From Candidatus Poribacteria bacterium (GTDB lineage Bacteria > Poribacteria > WGA-4E > WGA-3G), in assembly GCA_965205015.1 (NCBI GenBank), contig OZ242029.1, positions 3,648,001 through 3,712,000 of the forward strand: a stretch of 64,000 nt of DNA, in the 5' to 3' direction. The notes beneath the pieces are model-generated. The model had not been told where the DNA came from. It searched no databases and saw only the letters and a list, made by a program, of their open reading frames with translations. Both the position numbers and the translations under genes were made by a program. Below are positions 7,124 to 17,372 of the stretch, piece after piece; the first letter of the stretch is position 1; every line of letters begins with the position of its first letter.

Positions 7124-9553
7124 ATGAAGACACATTTCCTTGAAAACCTTCTCGGTTGCCCATTAGAAGGGACGCTCTCGGCAATCCCAGCGGACACGAC
7201 TGCCCTCGAAACTTTCCTGAATACACTTTCCACAGATACACTTGAAAACGACCTCACACCGCAATGGGTGGTGCTTGCGGCGGGTAAAGGCACGCGTATT
7301 GACCCTACCGGACGCTTGAGCAAAACGCTGGACATCACCTTCGGTGAACAGAACACGCTCCAGTGCTCGCGGCGTTACCTGCCCGGCACGCGTCCCGATA
7401 TTGTCGTCATTAACCCACAGATGGCAGCGCGTATTGAGAAAAATGGGGATCCGGCGCAACTGCTGGGGCCTGATGCCATTCCGTGTATCCAAGAAGAGAT
7501 GAACGGCACAGGGGGTGCCCTGCAAGCGGCACTGCCCGCACTCCAAGCGTCCGACGCAGAATGGATCGGGGTCGCATTCGGCGATGAACCCTTTTTGGAT
7601 CGCGAGGTTTTCGCACAGACGCTGCTCTCCCACTTCATTTCTGGCGCGGATGTTACCCTCTGCGGCAAGGTCCCTGAAACGGTTGTGGATAAGGGGGGAC
7701 TCTTTTTCGATGTGGATGGAGGACTCACCGGGACCAAAGAGTGGTACGACATGACAGCGGCGGAAAAACAGGAGATGTGGGACCGGTGGCATCGCGGGGA
7801 AGCGTATACCAATACGGGTATCACACTGATTCGGAAGAGCGCGTTGATAGATCGGATATATCGGTTGCAACCCCACACAAACCGAAACGATGAACTCCAC
7901 CACGTTGATCTGATCCGACACTGTTATGAGGATGGATTGAAAACCAATGCTTTCATCTATCGCGGGGACGTGCTGTCAGGCGTTAACCGCTGGTCGAACG
8001 TGCTATCGGGTGAAGCGGCACTGTTTGCGGAGACGCGGGAATCTCTCGCAAGGAAAGGCGTTCGCGTTGACCCCACCGCACAGATCACGTTGGGCAGTGA
8101 AGACATTGAGATCGGGACGGCGTGCTATCTCCTCGGCAGGGTCCATCTCGGTGAAAAGGTTCGGATCGGGGATTACTGTCGACTTGAAAATGCTACGCTC
8201 CTCGGAGCGACAACGGTCGGAGATGCGGTTGGATTGCAGAACGTCACTGCCAACGATACAACGTTTGAAGCGAATCTACTCCCTGAAAGGTTAGCAGCAC
8301 CTGTTCGGGGGCTTGCGACAGGGAGTACGATAGAAAATAGCACTTTCGATGCGGTGAATGTGGGAAACAACGTCCAACTTTCATCCATTGTGGCGTGTGG
8401 GACGGTGATTCCTTCTGATATTGTCTTGTCACATCGGACACTCGGGGTCCCACCAGCGCACTCCCCCTCTGCTGTGCCAAAATCACTTTTCGAGCAGGTT
8501 GTAACAGACGCGTATATCCCTGGGGTTTTCACCTTCGGTGAGAAAAAAGGGTTGCCGGATTGGGAGAATTTGCGACACCATGTTCAATCTCACAGTGCGA
8601 CGGAATTGATCCCACGTGCGACGCGTAACCCACAATTGCAACAAGCGGCGTGCGCCGCGGTAGAAACACTTTTGGATCTTCGAGGCGCCGCTGGCGATTT
8701 TCTCATCGAATCCCTCACGCCAGAAGAACTCTGGGGCAGTATCTTTGAGATGGTTACGCTTTACACCGGCAATCCGAACCCCTACCACCACGATAAATTG
8801 AAAGCCCGACAGACGGCACTCGCACTCCTCCCCGAGTTTTGGAAAGACGATTGGTTAACCCGTTTGAAGGTGGTCGTCGCAGGCAATATTATCGATTACA
8901 GCAGTGAACGGGTTGTCAAAAAATTGAAAGCCAATCCTGATTATTTTTCTGAATCGCTCCGTGCGGCGGTTGACACCTCTTTTTCTATCGACTGTTATAA
9001 AGTATTCCGCGAAAAGGTGATTGACGCGGCACCGCAGGAGATCCTTTGGCTTGCCGACAACGATGGAGAGGTGATTTTTGACATCGCCTTCATTCAGGAA
9101 CTCGTGAAGTGTGGACACCGTATCGTTATTGTTGGAAAAGTGGACAACGCCAGTAACGATGCGACGGTCGCAGATTTACAGGAAATCGTGAGGTATCCGC
9201 AATTCCAAGAAGTCCAGACGGCGATACAAGAAGGGATTGTGAAATTGATGTCGTCCGGCGCGAAGACGATCGGGACGAATCTCTATCAGGGGACGCCTGA
9301 ATTTTTCAATGCATTGTTGGAGGCAGACCTCGTTATTTCAAAAGGACAAGGAAACTTTTTTACAACGCCGGGTTGGGCGAAAGACACATTTTACTTGCTG
9401 CTTTCCAAAGGTGTAACAGCGGAGCAGAGCACAGGCGTTGTTGCAGATCGGAATTTGTTGATTGACGGGCTTATTTTGGCTTACGTCCCGGGTGGAACGA
9501 AGCGGCACACGCCCCTCCGGCGTATCTGCCAAAAACAGACAAGTGGACATTAA
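7124..9553 (+). CDS. Fusion of a GlmU-like nucleotidyltransferase, a left-handed beta-helix and a DUF89/ARMT1-like phosphatase
   Basis: LAAGKGTR, GTGGAL and GDEPF in the N-terminal part; hexapeptide repeats; AGNIIDY, LADNDGEVIFD, NDAT and SKGQGNF in the C-terminal part. Confidence 0.8.
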   Translation: MKTHFLENLLGCPLEGTLSAIPADTTALETFLNTLSTDTLENDLTPQWVVLAAGKGTRIDPTGRLSKTLDITFGEQNTLQCSRRYLPGTRPDIVVINPQMAARIEKNGDPAQLLGPDAIPCIQEEMNGTGGALQAALPALQASDAEWIGVAFGDEPFLDREVFAQTLLSHFISGADVTLCGKVPETVVDKGGLFFDVDGGLTGTKEWYDMTAAEKQEMWDRWHRGEAYTNTGITLIRKSALIDRIYRLQPHTNRNDELHHVDLIRHCYEDGLKTNAFIYRGDVLSGVNRWSNVLSGEAALFAETRESLARKGVRVDPTAQITLGSEDIEIGTACYLLGRVHLGEKVRIGDYCRLENATLLGATTVGDAVGLQNVTANDTTFEANLLPERLAAPVRGLATGSTIENSTFDAVNVGNNVQLSSIVACGTVIPSDIVLSHRTLGVPPAHSPSAVPKSLFEQVVTDAYIPGVFTFGEKKGLPDWENLRHHVQSHSATELIPRATRNPQLQQAACAAVETLLDLRGAAGDFLIESLTPEELWGSIFEMVTLYTGNPNPYHHDKLKARQTALALLPEFWKDDWLTRLKVVVAGNIIDYSSERVVKKLKANPDYFSESLRAAVDTSFSIDCYKVFREKVIDAAPQEILWLADNDGEVIFDIAFIQELVKCGHRIVIVGKVDNASNDATVADLQEIVRYPQFQEVQTAIQEGIVKLMSSGAKTIGTNLYQGTPEFFNALLEADLVISKGQGNFFTTPGWAKDTFYLLLSKGVTAEQSTGVVADRNLLIDGLILAYVPGGTKRHTPLRRICQKQTSGH

Positions 9554-9612
9554 AGCACACTGGAAATTTCAAAAACGTTGGAGAGAACTCGACTGGTAAA
9601 ACCTAATTCGCA

Positions 9613-10947
9613 TCAATCCCTTGCTGTTACTCTGGAAATCGTGAATTCCCGTTTGCCTGAAGTGGGGAGTGGGATCTCCTTTACAAATTTCACCGTGACA
9701 ATGACATCAGCACCGAGTGCCTCCTGAATCTTCTGGACCATGTGTCGGCGCGCCGCTTCTGTCCACTGTGTGTTAATGACCACCTTCAAGACACAGTGTC
9801 TCAAGGTTTCTTGGATCAGTTGGAACTGCTCGAGACCGATGACATTATAGAATTGTTGCGTGAAGTAACCGGCGTGTATCAATGTGCCGGTTCTCGTTTG
9901 GAAGGTAGCCGTGCTACGTCCGAGAAGTTCCGCCAAAACCGGTAAGTGATTCCCACATGGGCATGCCTCGTCGGAGAGGCGGCCGATGTCTCCAATCCGA
10001 TACCGAATAAACGGCATTGCGTAGTTATTGAGTTGCGTGATGAGGATGTCCCCCGGTTCGGCATAAGGGTCAGGACTGTCTATCTCCAGGTAGAGGTCGT
10101 GGCAGTTGATATGCAGGCGTCCCTCTGCACATTCCATGGCGATTAATCCGACCTCGCGTCCGCCGTATCGGTTGTAAACTTTTGTGCTAAAAATAGTTTC
10201 CGCCAAATCGCGGTAGTGTGGCTGCAGCATCTCCGCCGAGGAGATAATTCCTTTCAAGCCCCACCTGGGCTTTAGGCCGTTCTCGAAAATGAATCTCGCG
10301 AACTGATAAAGCGATGAAGGGTAAGCGAGAATTGTTTGCGGAGGGGATTTGTCCATCTTCTGAAGGGTCGTCCGCATCCTTAGGTCTGTGAGATGAAAAC
10401 CGTTGAGCCAATAGTGATTCCGCCAAAAATTGTTCAATTGATGTTTCCAATCTCGAGCGGTTCCCATATCTGAGAGGGCACCCCAGATAATCAATTGGCG
10501 TTCACCGAAATCCCAGCCCGCCCATCGGTCGAAATAGTAGGCGCTCAAGTTTCGTTGATTCCAGTAATTCCTGTCCTGATAGAAGATAAGGGGTTCCCCT
10601 GTTGAGCCACCCGTCGCGTTTTTGATACGGTGCTTCTGCGGAACCGCTTCAGAGCAGAGACGCTCCAATTGCTCACGAATGTTCCTTTTCTCAAGCGTCG
10701 GAATTTGTGAAATATCTGGGGATTCTACTTCGAACAATTCACGGTAATAAGGGGTTGTTTGATACGCGTGCCGGAGGAGTTTTTCCAGTCGCACTCTCTG
10801 GAAGGCTAAGATGTCCGCGCGCGGTGCGTTGAGTAACGCAGTCGTTTTTGAAAGTTGCGAACGGTAACGGATCCCTTTGCGGTAGGTATTGTAGGCGTTC
10901 CATGCCGCCTTTGACATCAACTTTTTGGTAGTAGAACGGATTGGCAT
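9613..10947 (-). CDS. Phenylacetate-CoA ligase family (CapK-like) adenylate-forming enzyme
   Basis: TGGSTGEP, YGGRE, MPFIRYRIGD and SGK motifs. Confidence 0.85.
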   Translation of the reverse strand: MPIRSTTKKLMSKAAWNAYNTYRKGIRYRSQLSKTTALLNAPRADILAFQRVRLEKLLRHAYQTTPYYRELFEVESPDISQIPTLEKRNIREQLERLCSEAVPQKHRIKNATGGSTGEPLIFYQDRNYWNQRNLSAYYFDRWAGWDFGERQLIIWGALSDMGTARDWKHQLNNFWRNHYWLNGFHLTDLRMRTTLQKMDKSPPQTILAYPSSLYQFARFIFENGLKPRWGLKGIISSAEMLQPHYRDLAETIFSTKVYNRYGGREVGLIAMECAEGRLHINCHDLYLEIDSPDPYAEPGDILITQLNNYAMPFIRYRIGDIGRLSDEACPCGNHLPVLAELLGRSTATFQTRTGTLIHAGYFTQQFYNVIGLEQFQLIQETLRHCVLKVVINTQWTEAARRHMVQKIQEALGADVIVTVKFVKEIPLPTSGKREFTISRVTARD

Positions 10948-10950
10948 AAT

Positions 10951-12432
10951 TTATGGTCTCAGCGGATCAATATGCGGTGAATATCCTGACGGGAACTGAT
11001 CGCTCACGGAACGACCATCTTGAAACAGTTGTCCGGCATCTGGATTTTCAGGTTCGACTGGTGATGGGAAATCGCGCCACTTCTTGCCGTCGAGTGGACG
11101 TTCATAGCCATCCTCACGGAACCATTCAATCAATCGCTGTCGATAGACGTTGAGTGTTTTACCGTATGCGGGATTACCGGCGAGGCTGCGGTCATCAAGC
11201 CTTCCGGGGAACCGTCTGAAAAGCCACTCCTGTCGATCGGCGGCAGAATAGATGTATTTATATTCCCCCGTCAAGAGCATATAGAGTCCTGTACCTTCCT
11301 GTCCCAATTGTCCGACAATCGCATCTCGTTGTGTATTACCGGTGGCGACATCGGCAAGATCCGTGCCGCTTCGATCTGCCTGCAGTGGTAGGTCGGCTGC
11401 TCCGAGACAGGTTGGAAGGACATCCACCAGACTGGTCGGTGTGTCGCACTGTGTGTTTGCGGCAAATCGTTCAGGATAACGGACCAGTAGCGGAATCCGA
11501 GCCGCCGCGTCCAAGAACGATCGTTTTCCATAGCAGTCGTAGTCGCCGAGCAATTCACCGTGATCGGACGTGTATAAGATGAGCGTATTGTCCAATTCAT
11601 CCTCCGATTCGAGGTGGTCAAGGATGCGTCCGACTTGACAGTCGATGAAGGAAATCGCGGCGTAGTAAGCGGCTCGCATCGTCCGAAGAAGGTTCATATC
11701 CCGCCCTTGGTCCCGGTACTTATACCGATTTTGGTGTCGGTTCCAGTAGGTATGCAGATGCTCATAATCTGTGGGAAGGAACGGCAGTGGCATTTCAACC
11801 GAACGATAAAGTCGATTCCACGGCACTGGGGATTCAAACGGCGGATGCGGCTTGATGAAACTGCTCCAACACAGAAAGGGACGCTGCTTATCGCGTCCAG
11901 AGAGGAATTCCAGTGTTTTATCACCGACCCACTGCGTGTGGTGTAAACGGGCAGGCAGTTGTGAAGGTTGTGGGATATAGTAGTATTCGCTCCGTTCGCC
12001 GTGTGGTGCGACGATATGGTCGTAGCCGTTCTCACTCAGAAACTCGGTGAAATCATCGGGACCGGGACCCTCTTCGGAATAGTCTCGCGTTTCGAACCCC
12101 CACATCTTGCGTCCCTGCGGCGAAAAGTGCATTTTACCGATACCGTGTGTTTGGTAACCTACCTCGTTGAGCATTTCCATCACTGAAACGCGGTCCTGCG
12201 GCATTGGTGAATTGTTTGTGCATCCCGTTTCGTGTGCCCACTGACCGAGCAGGAAACTACAACGGGAGGCTACGCATACAGGAGATGGACAATATGCTGA
12301 CGTGAAACTCGTGCCCTCCCGGACAATACGATTGAGGCCTGGGGTTTGGATGATCGGATTTCCAAGCGCACCGATCGTATCAAAACGTTGCTGGTCTGTC
12401 ATCAGAAAGATGATATTGGGTTGTTTCGCCAT
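10951..12432 (-). CDS. Sulfatase (Cys-type)
   Basis: PNIIFLMTDQQR, CVASR formylglycine motif, GKMH, SDHG. Confidence 0.92.
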   Translation of the reverse strand: MAKQPNIIFLMTDQQRFDTIGALGNPIIQTPGLNRIVREGTSFTSAYCPSPVCVASRCSFLLGQWAHETGCTNNSPMPQDRVSVMEMLNEVGYQTHGIGKMHFSPQGRKMWGFETRDYSEEGPGPDDFTEFLSENGYDHIVAPHGERSEYYYIPQPSQLPARLHHTQWVGDKTLEFLSGRDKQRPFLCWSSFIKPHPPFESPVPWNRLYRSVEMPLPFLPTDYEHLHTYWNRHQNRYKYRDQGRDMNLLRTMRAAYYAAISFIDCQVGRILDHLESEDELDNTLILYTSDHGELLGDYDCYGKRSFLDAAARIPLLVRYPERFAANTQCDTPTSLVDVLPTCLGAADLPLQADRSGTDLADVATGNTQRDAIVGQLGQEGTGLYMLLTGEYKYIYSAADRQEWLFRRFPGRLDDRSLAGNPAYGKTLNVYRQRLIEWFREDGYERPLDGKKWRDFPSPVEPENPDAGQLFQDGRSVSDQFPSGYSPHIDPLRP

Positions 12433-12492
12433 GAGGAGTTCTGGTCCTTTAACCTAAAAAAGGCTTGGGTTCGTAGAAGAAGTCATAAGGAA

Positions 12493-12521
12493 AGCATATC
12501 ATTTTTCCAAAGAAAATGCAA
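12493..12521 (-). promoter_or_regulatory. Putative sigma70 promoter for the sulfatase operon
   Basis: TTGCAT-17 bp-TATGCT with extended TG. Confidence 0.45.
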
Positions 12522-12542
12522 CCCCTCAACTTACCTTTCAAC

Positions 12543-12571
12543 TTGACATTGAAACTCAGAAGTGATATTAT
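12543..12571 (+). promoter_or_regulatory. Sigma70 promoter
   Basis: TTGACA-17 bp-TATTAT with extended TG. Confidence 0.6.
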
Positions 12572-12632
12572 TCTACATAAGAGGTCTTAAAGGACGACGC
12601 AAGATGGAAAAACATTCTTGAGGACGCATCAG

Positions 12633-13238
12633 ATGGCTTATAGCAACTTTACCTTAGAGTCGGTGGTGGCGACATTCCAATTAGAAAGGATTGAAGTCGA
12701 CAACATCTTTTCAGAAACAGAGCCTGTGGTACCGAGCAGCCACCTTACCCGCGCGTTGGCGAGAAACGTGTCGTTAGCGGTCGCTATAGGAACAGAGAAA
12801 GCACGTTCAGAAATGATTGTTGCTGAAATCCTTGTAGAACTCCGCGAACACTATGATCGACGTATCAGTCTTTTTTCGGGAATTGATTTCAGCGTTGATG
12901 CCGAAAAAGGCTTAATTGGGGTGTGTGACTTTTTAGTGAGTTTGTCACCGGTACAATTTTCTTTGGAGGCACCTATTATCGTGCTGGTTGAGGCAAAAAA
13001 CGCGGAGCCGAAACTTGGGTTAGGTCAGTGTGTTGCTGAGATGATTGCTGCACAACGCTTTAATGCTGAAAGAGAAAATGACATTCCATGCATTTATGGT
13101 GCTTCTACTACAGGCACTGAGTGGTACTTCCTCAAATTGGAAGGGCAGAAACTCCACATTGATATGGCAGACTATCAGATCGTGCAGTGCGACAAAATTC
13201 TGGGTATTCTCTCTGGAATGGTCTCGCAAAAAGTGTGA
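12633..13238 (+). CDS. Hypothetical PD-(D/E)XK nuclease-fold protein (MAYSNFTL family)
   Basis: EKARSE, CDF...VEAK, QC.AEM.AA and TTG..W motifs. Confidence 0.7.
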   Translation: MAYSNFTLESVVATFQLERIEVDNIFSETEPVVPSSHLTRALARNVSLAVAIGTEKARSEMIVAEILVELREHYDRRISLFSGIDFSVDAEKGLIGVCDFLVSLSPVQFSLEAPIIVLVEAKNAEPKLGLGQCVAEMIAAQRFNAERENDIPCIYGASTTGTEWYFLKLEGQKLHIDMADYQIVQCDKILGILSGMVSQKV

Positions 13239-13292
13239 GGACCGCTTACAGGAAAAAGGAATCTCAAGTCTTCCTTAAAAACACCAAAACAG

Positions 13293-13490
13293 ATGCAGAA
13301 ATGGTATGAAAACAGAAAACTCCTGAACACCTTCATCGCTTTAATGTGTGTCAGTTTTATCGCTTACTTTTTCTTTCACTGGAAATGGGGATTGCCCCTG
13401 TTCCTGTGCAGCGGCACGGCAATTATGGTGAGAGGCGTGGTAAAAATTACGATGCGCATGCGAAGGAGAAAAAGACGCAAGGAACAATAA
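13293..13490 (+). CDS. Small two-TM membrane protein
   Basis: Two hydrophobic segments and a basic tail; ends 4 bp before the next gene. Confidence 0.55.
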   Translation: MQKWYENRKLLNTFIALMCVSFIAYFFFHWKWGLPLFLCSGTAIMVRGVVKITMRMRRRKRRKEQ

Positions 13491-13494
13491 AAAA

Positions 13495-14487
13495 ATGAAG
13501 AGACGAACGTTCATAAAACTGAGCGCGATTAGTGCAGCGGGAATGGTCCTGCCCCTTCAATTGGAAGGAGATGTGGCAGCGGTGCCACGACTGAAGCCGA
13601 GCACACTGATAACCCCGAATGCCGACTTCTATATCCTACAGATCGGAGATCCTGTTACGCTTGACGCGGCGACATGGCGATTGCCAATCACCGGGCTCAT
13701 CGAAAAACGGATACCCCCGCTGCGACTCGAAGAGATTACGGCGATGGAATCCGTCACAGCGATGCGAACGCTGAAGTGTATCGGTGACCCGATCGGCACA
13801 GAACAGATGAGCAATGCGGTGTGGAAAGGCATTCGGTTGCGCGATCTACTTGAGAGGGTCGGACCCAAACCAGAAGCGAAAGTGGTCGTTTTCCGGTGTG
13901 CCGACGGCTATCACACAGCGATTCCGTTGGAAAAGGCGATGCGGGAAGAGACGCTGCTCGCTTATGAAATGAACGATGAACCGCTACCGACTGAGCACGG
14001 CTTCCCCGTCCGATTGCTGAATCCGGGTCATTACGGTACGAAAAATCCGAAATGGATCATCAACATCCAGTTGGCGGAGGAACACGAAAGTTATTGGGAG
14101 AAACGGGGATGGGATCCGATCGCGAATGTGAAACTCGCCACAATGATTGGCACACCGAGTGAAGGCGAGGAGATTCCTGGCGGCACAGTCTATACCGTAA
14201 GCGGGGCAGCGTTCGATGCCGGCAACCACGGCGGTATCCAGAAGGTAGAAGTGAGTATCGACTACGGTCAGACTTGGGAAGAAGCAGAAATTTGGGCGAA
14301 AGATACCCTGCTTGCGTGGGTACTCTGGAAATGGGAGTGGCAGGTTCCTGAAAAATCGGAACCTGTTGAGATTTACGCCAGAGCCACCGGCAACAGTGGT
14401 GTTACGCAGGACGAAATCGGGATCGAAGTAGAACCGGTCGGCGCGATAGGCTATCACATGATTGACGCCGAGATTGTGATGCCGTAA
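13495..14487 (+). CDS. Tat-exported molybdopterin oxidoreductase, sulfite oxidase family
   Basis: KRRTFIK twin-arginine signal, TLKC Mo-ligating Cys, HGFPVRLL.PG.YG.K..KW, C-terminal Ig-like domain. Confidence 0.88.
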   Translation: MKRRTFIKLSAISAAGMVLPLQLEGDVAAVPRLKPSTLITPNADFYILQIGDPVTLDAATWRLPITGLIEKRIPPLRLEEITAMESVTAMRTLKCIGDPIGTEQMSNAVWKGIRLRDLLERVGPKPEAKVVVFRCADGYHTAIPLEKAMREETLLAYEMNDEPLPTEHGFPVRLLNPGHYGTKNPKWIINIQLAEEHESYWEKRGWDPIANVKLATMIGTPSEGEEIPGGTVYTVSGAAFDAGNHGGIQKVEVSIDYGQTWEEAEIWAKDTLLAWVLWKWEWQVPEKSEPVEIYARATGNSGVTQDEIGIEVEPVGAIGYHMIDAEIVMP

Positions 14488-14518
14488 TGTAGGAGGGGTT
14501 TTCAACCCCGATGCCTTA

Positions 14519-15715
14519 ATGCGCCTAAAACCGATCCAACTGCTCGCCGTTTATCTGCCAGTTCTGCTGATTGACTTTGCCCTGAGCAGCGTCTTAACGA
14601 ATACCTCTTTTTATACCAGTCATTTAGGACTCTCCTCAACCTTCCTTGGCGTGTTGATGGCAATAACCAACGGGGTTTTTGCACTGCTGGCGATCCCGTG
14701 CGGAAGACTCTCGGACCGGATAGAGCGGCGGTATATCCTTTACGCCGCGTGTCTGATACTCGGTGCTGCCTGCATTGGACTCGCCTTTTGTCGAAATAGG
14801 GGACATCTCCTGAGTGTCTTTCCTGGAATCGGTATCAGTATGGCACTCTTTTGGCCCGCTTACGAAGCGTGGCTCGCCGAGCAGGAAGGTGAAGGTGAAT
14901 TAATCCAACGGATTATGCTCTTCAACTTATTTTGGAGTATCGGCATGACCTTAGGTCCGGCACTCTCAAGTTATCTGTACGGCGAAGTTAATCCGTTTAG
15001 ACCTTTCTATCTTGGTAGTGGCGCGTGTCTGCTGACCCTCCTGACAATTTACGCGTCCCGTATTACCGAATCCGATGCATCTGTCCACACAGGTGAACCT
15101 GACTCGGAATCGCCTGAGATCCTGTATCCACCTCCACCGGTTCGGAGGACCTATCTCCATCTTGCCCGGTGTGCGAATTTCGTTTCGTGGTTTGCACTCG
15201 GTGTTCTCCGTAGGCTTGCACCGAAACTCATGTTGGAGATGGGAATACGTCCCGCAATATACGGAAATCTGATGCTGATCCTCGGTGGTGTACAAACGGT
15301 GGCGTTCCTTGTTCTCGGGACCGGCTATTCGACGCGGTGGCATTATCAGTTTACGCCATTGCTCATCGTTCAACTGCTGGCAATCCTGAGTTTCCTCGGA
15401 ATCGGGTTGACACAGTATACGCTTCTCTGGGCTTTCGCGTTTGCGGTTATTGGTGTATCTGTTGCGTTTACCTACTTCAGTAGTCTCTACTACGGGCTGG
15501 ATCGGCATGTGGATAAAGGGAATAAGAGTGGATGGCATGAAGCCATATTAGGTGTTGGTATCATGTTAGGTCCATTTCTTGGCGGTATCTCAGCGGACTC
15601 AGCATTGGGTGTTCAGAGTCCTTACCTACTCTGTGCAGTAGCGGTTGTTATCGCGATTCTTATAGAGATTGTAATGCTGCTCAAGAATTCTCGACATCCA
15701 GCAAATTCGCCGTGA
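14519..15715 (+). CDS. MFS transporter
   Basis: About 12 TM segments; GRLSDRIERR motif A. Confidence 0.88.
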   Translation: MRLKPIQLLAVYLPVLLIDFALSSVLTNTSFYTSHLGLSSTFLGVLMAITNGVFALLAIPCGRLSDRIERRYILYAACLILGAACIGLAFCRNRGHLLSVFPGIGISMALFWPAYEAWLAEQEGEGELIQRIMLFNLFWSIGMTLGPALSSYLYGEVNPFRPFYLGSGACLLTLLTIYASRITESDASVHTGEPDSESPEILYPPPPVRRTYLHLARCANFVSWFALGVLRRLAPKLMLEMGIRPAIYGNLMLILGGVQTVAFLVLGTGYSTRWHYQFTPLLIVQLLAILSFLGIGLTQYTLLWAFAFAVIGVSVAFTYFSSLYYGLDRHVDKGNKSGWHEAILGVGIMLGPFLGGISADSALGVQSPYLLCAVAVVIAILIEIVMLLKNSRHPANSP

Positions 15716-16811
15716 TGTAGTCTTCGTCGGGGGTAACGCCGAGACCTGGACGGTCGGGGACCGTAACGACGTGGTCGTGGATGTGGACGCCGCTGACTGC
15801 CAGGGTTTCCAGAAAAGCGGGGGCGTTGAGTTCAGCAGGGAGAACAAGGTCCAACGTTGAAAAGAGGTGGATGCTTGCGATGAACCCGATGCCGGCTTCT
15901 GTCAATCCGCTACCGAGAAGTTCGAGTGAGTTGGCTTCAGCGATCGGCACGCTCTTAAGACATTCGGTTAACCCACCAGATTTACACACTTTCAAAACGA
16001 CAGCGTCTGCACACTCCAAGCGTGCGATCTTCGCCAAATCGAAGTAGGTGAAGCATCCCTCGTCAATAGCGATCGGAATTGAGGCGTCTTCTCGGACTCG
16101 CTTCATACCGAACCAATCTTGACTTGCGACGGGTTGTTCCATACAGTAAATTTCACGGACATCTGCGACCCGTTTCAGCAATTCAAGCGCATTCGAGGGC
16201 GTGTAGGACTGATTTGCATCGATCCAAAGTTTGGCATCTGGTGCGGCTTCATGCACGGCGCGTAGGCGATCTTCATCCTCCGCAGGCGTTCCAGCAACCT
16301 TCACTTTGAAACAGGAACACGGCGCCAAGGCTTGCGCCTTCAATCCCATTATTTCTGGTGTATCGATACTCAACGCATAGCAGAGCGGTAGCGTATCGTG
16401 GCGTTTTCCACCGAAGAGGGTATGGAGTGGGACGTTAAGGATTTTTCCTTGGAGGTCGTGTAGGGCGATATTGACAGCGGCTTTCGCGAAAGGATGTCCA
16501 TTGCTAACGGCGGGTTTCAATGTCTGATAAATCGACGCATGGATCTGGTTCAGGTTCAGAGGATCGCGTCCGAGGAGCAATGGGGCGATGTGATGTCGAA
16601 CCGTGGTTGTGATGGATTCGGTGGTCTCGTAACTCCATGAAGGGAGTGCGCGTTGTTCACCCCAACCGGTGTAACCATCGTCCGTTGTGATCTTGACAAA
16701 AACATGGTCGCCTGCGGATCCGGGTGCCCCGACGAAACCCGTCCCGATATTAAAGATGTCTTTCATCCCGACAGCAGTCGGATAAACGTCTACGTGAGTT
16801 ATTTTGGACAT
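15681..16811 (-). CDS. Mandelate racemase/muconate lactonizing enzyme family protein
   Basis: FKVK, DAN, EQP, DE and PGLG enolase-superfamily motifs. Confidence 0.88.
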   Translation of the reverse strand: MSKITHVDVYPTAVGMKDIFNIGTGFVGAPGSAGDHVFVKITTDDGYTGWGEQRALPSWSYETTESITTTVRHHIAPLLLGRDPLNLNQIHASIYQTLKPAVSNGHPFAKAAVNIALHDLQGKILNVPLHTLFGGKRHDTLPLCYALSIDTPEIMGLKAQALAPCSCFKVKVAGTPAEDEDRLRAVHEAAPDAKLWIDANQSYTPSNALELLKRVADVREIYCMEQPVASQDWFGMKRVREDASIPIAIDEGCFTYFDLAKIARLECADAVVLKVCKSGGLTECLKSVPIAEANSLELLGSGLTEAGIGFIASIHLFSTLDLVLPAELNAPAFLETLAVSGVHIHDHVVTVPDRPGLGVTPDEDYITANLLDVENS

Positions 16812-16891
16812 GTGTGAATCGGTTACTCCAATTTTGGAAAGTATCTCTGTATTTTAGCACACATTCCAGCAATTTATCAAACATAGATTGG

Positions 16892-17005
16892 CGATCAGCC
16901 GTCGGCGGTCAGCAATCGGAGACCATCAGAGGGCGAGGTTAGAAACCTCGCCAGCGGGGTGAAACGATTTGGATAATCCGGGGCGGTTAGGAAACCGCAC
17001 CTACC
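16892..17005. repeat. Cluster of heptamer-like repeats and REP-like hairpins
   Basis: TCAGC/TCGGC heptamer-like units, GGCGAGGTT-AGA-AACCTCGCC hairpin, and GCGGTT..AACCGCACCTAC hairpin. Confidence 0.6.
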
Positions 17006-17029
17006 GAGGCCGGAAAAACAGAATTTCCG

Positions 17030-17058
17030 TTGACACGTTCTCGACTATCCGCTATAGT
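17030..17058 (+). promoter_or_regulatory. Sigma70 promoter
   Basis: TTGACA-17 bp-TATAGT. Confidence 0.6.
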
Positions 17059-17087
17059 AATATGAACACGGGTTGTGTCCTGTCCTT

Positions 17088-17369
17088 ATGAGGAAATTAT
17101 GCATGCTATTTGTTATTTTTGTAATTCTCACACCTATCGCTGTTTGGTTGATTTTGCACTTCATGTCCCGGCGAAATGCCGACGTAGAAGCGACTGCACC
17201 GGAAGCATTGATAGAAGTTTGTGCGATCTGCCAAAACGAATTTACAATGACCGAATTGCTTGAAAAAGAGGTTGGTGGATACGGTAGGGTCTACTGTTTT
17301 TGCGGACAGTGTATTGAAAATCTCTATCACGAATACCAGAACAAAACAGACACCAAAATGGAAGGATGA
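17088..17369 (+). CDS. Small membrane-anchored protein with a putative zinc finger
   Basis: N-terminal TM helix, then CAIC...CFCGQC; coupled to kdgK. Confidence 0.6.
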   Translation: MRKLCMLFVIFVILTPIAVWLILHFMSRRNADVEATAPEALIEVCAICQNEFTMTELLEKEVGGYGRVYCFCGQCIENLYHEYQNKTDTKMEG

Positions 17370-17372
17370 ACT

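Noticed and set aside
7163-7921. Long antisense ORFs (also 42270-42926, 50076-50696 and others)
   Set aside because: They are shadows of well-supported genes on the other strand and have no motifs.
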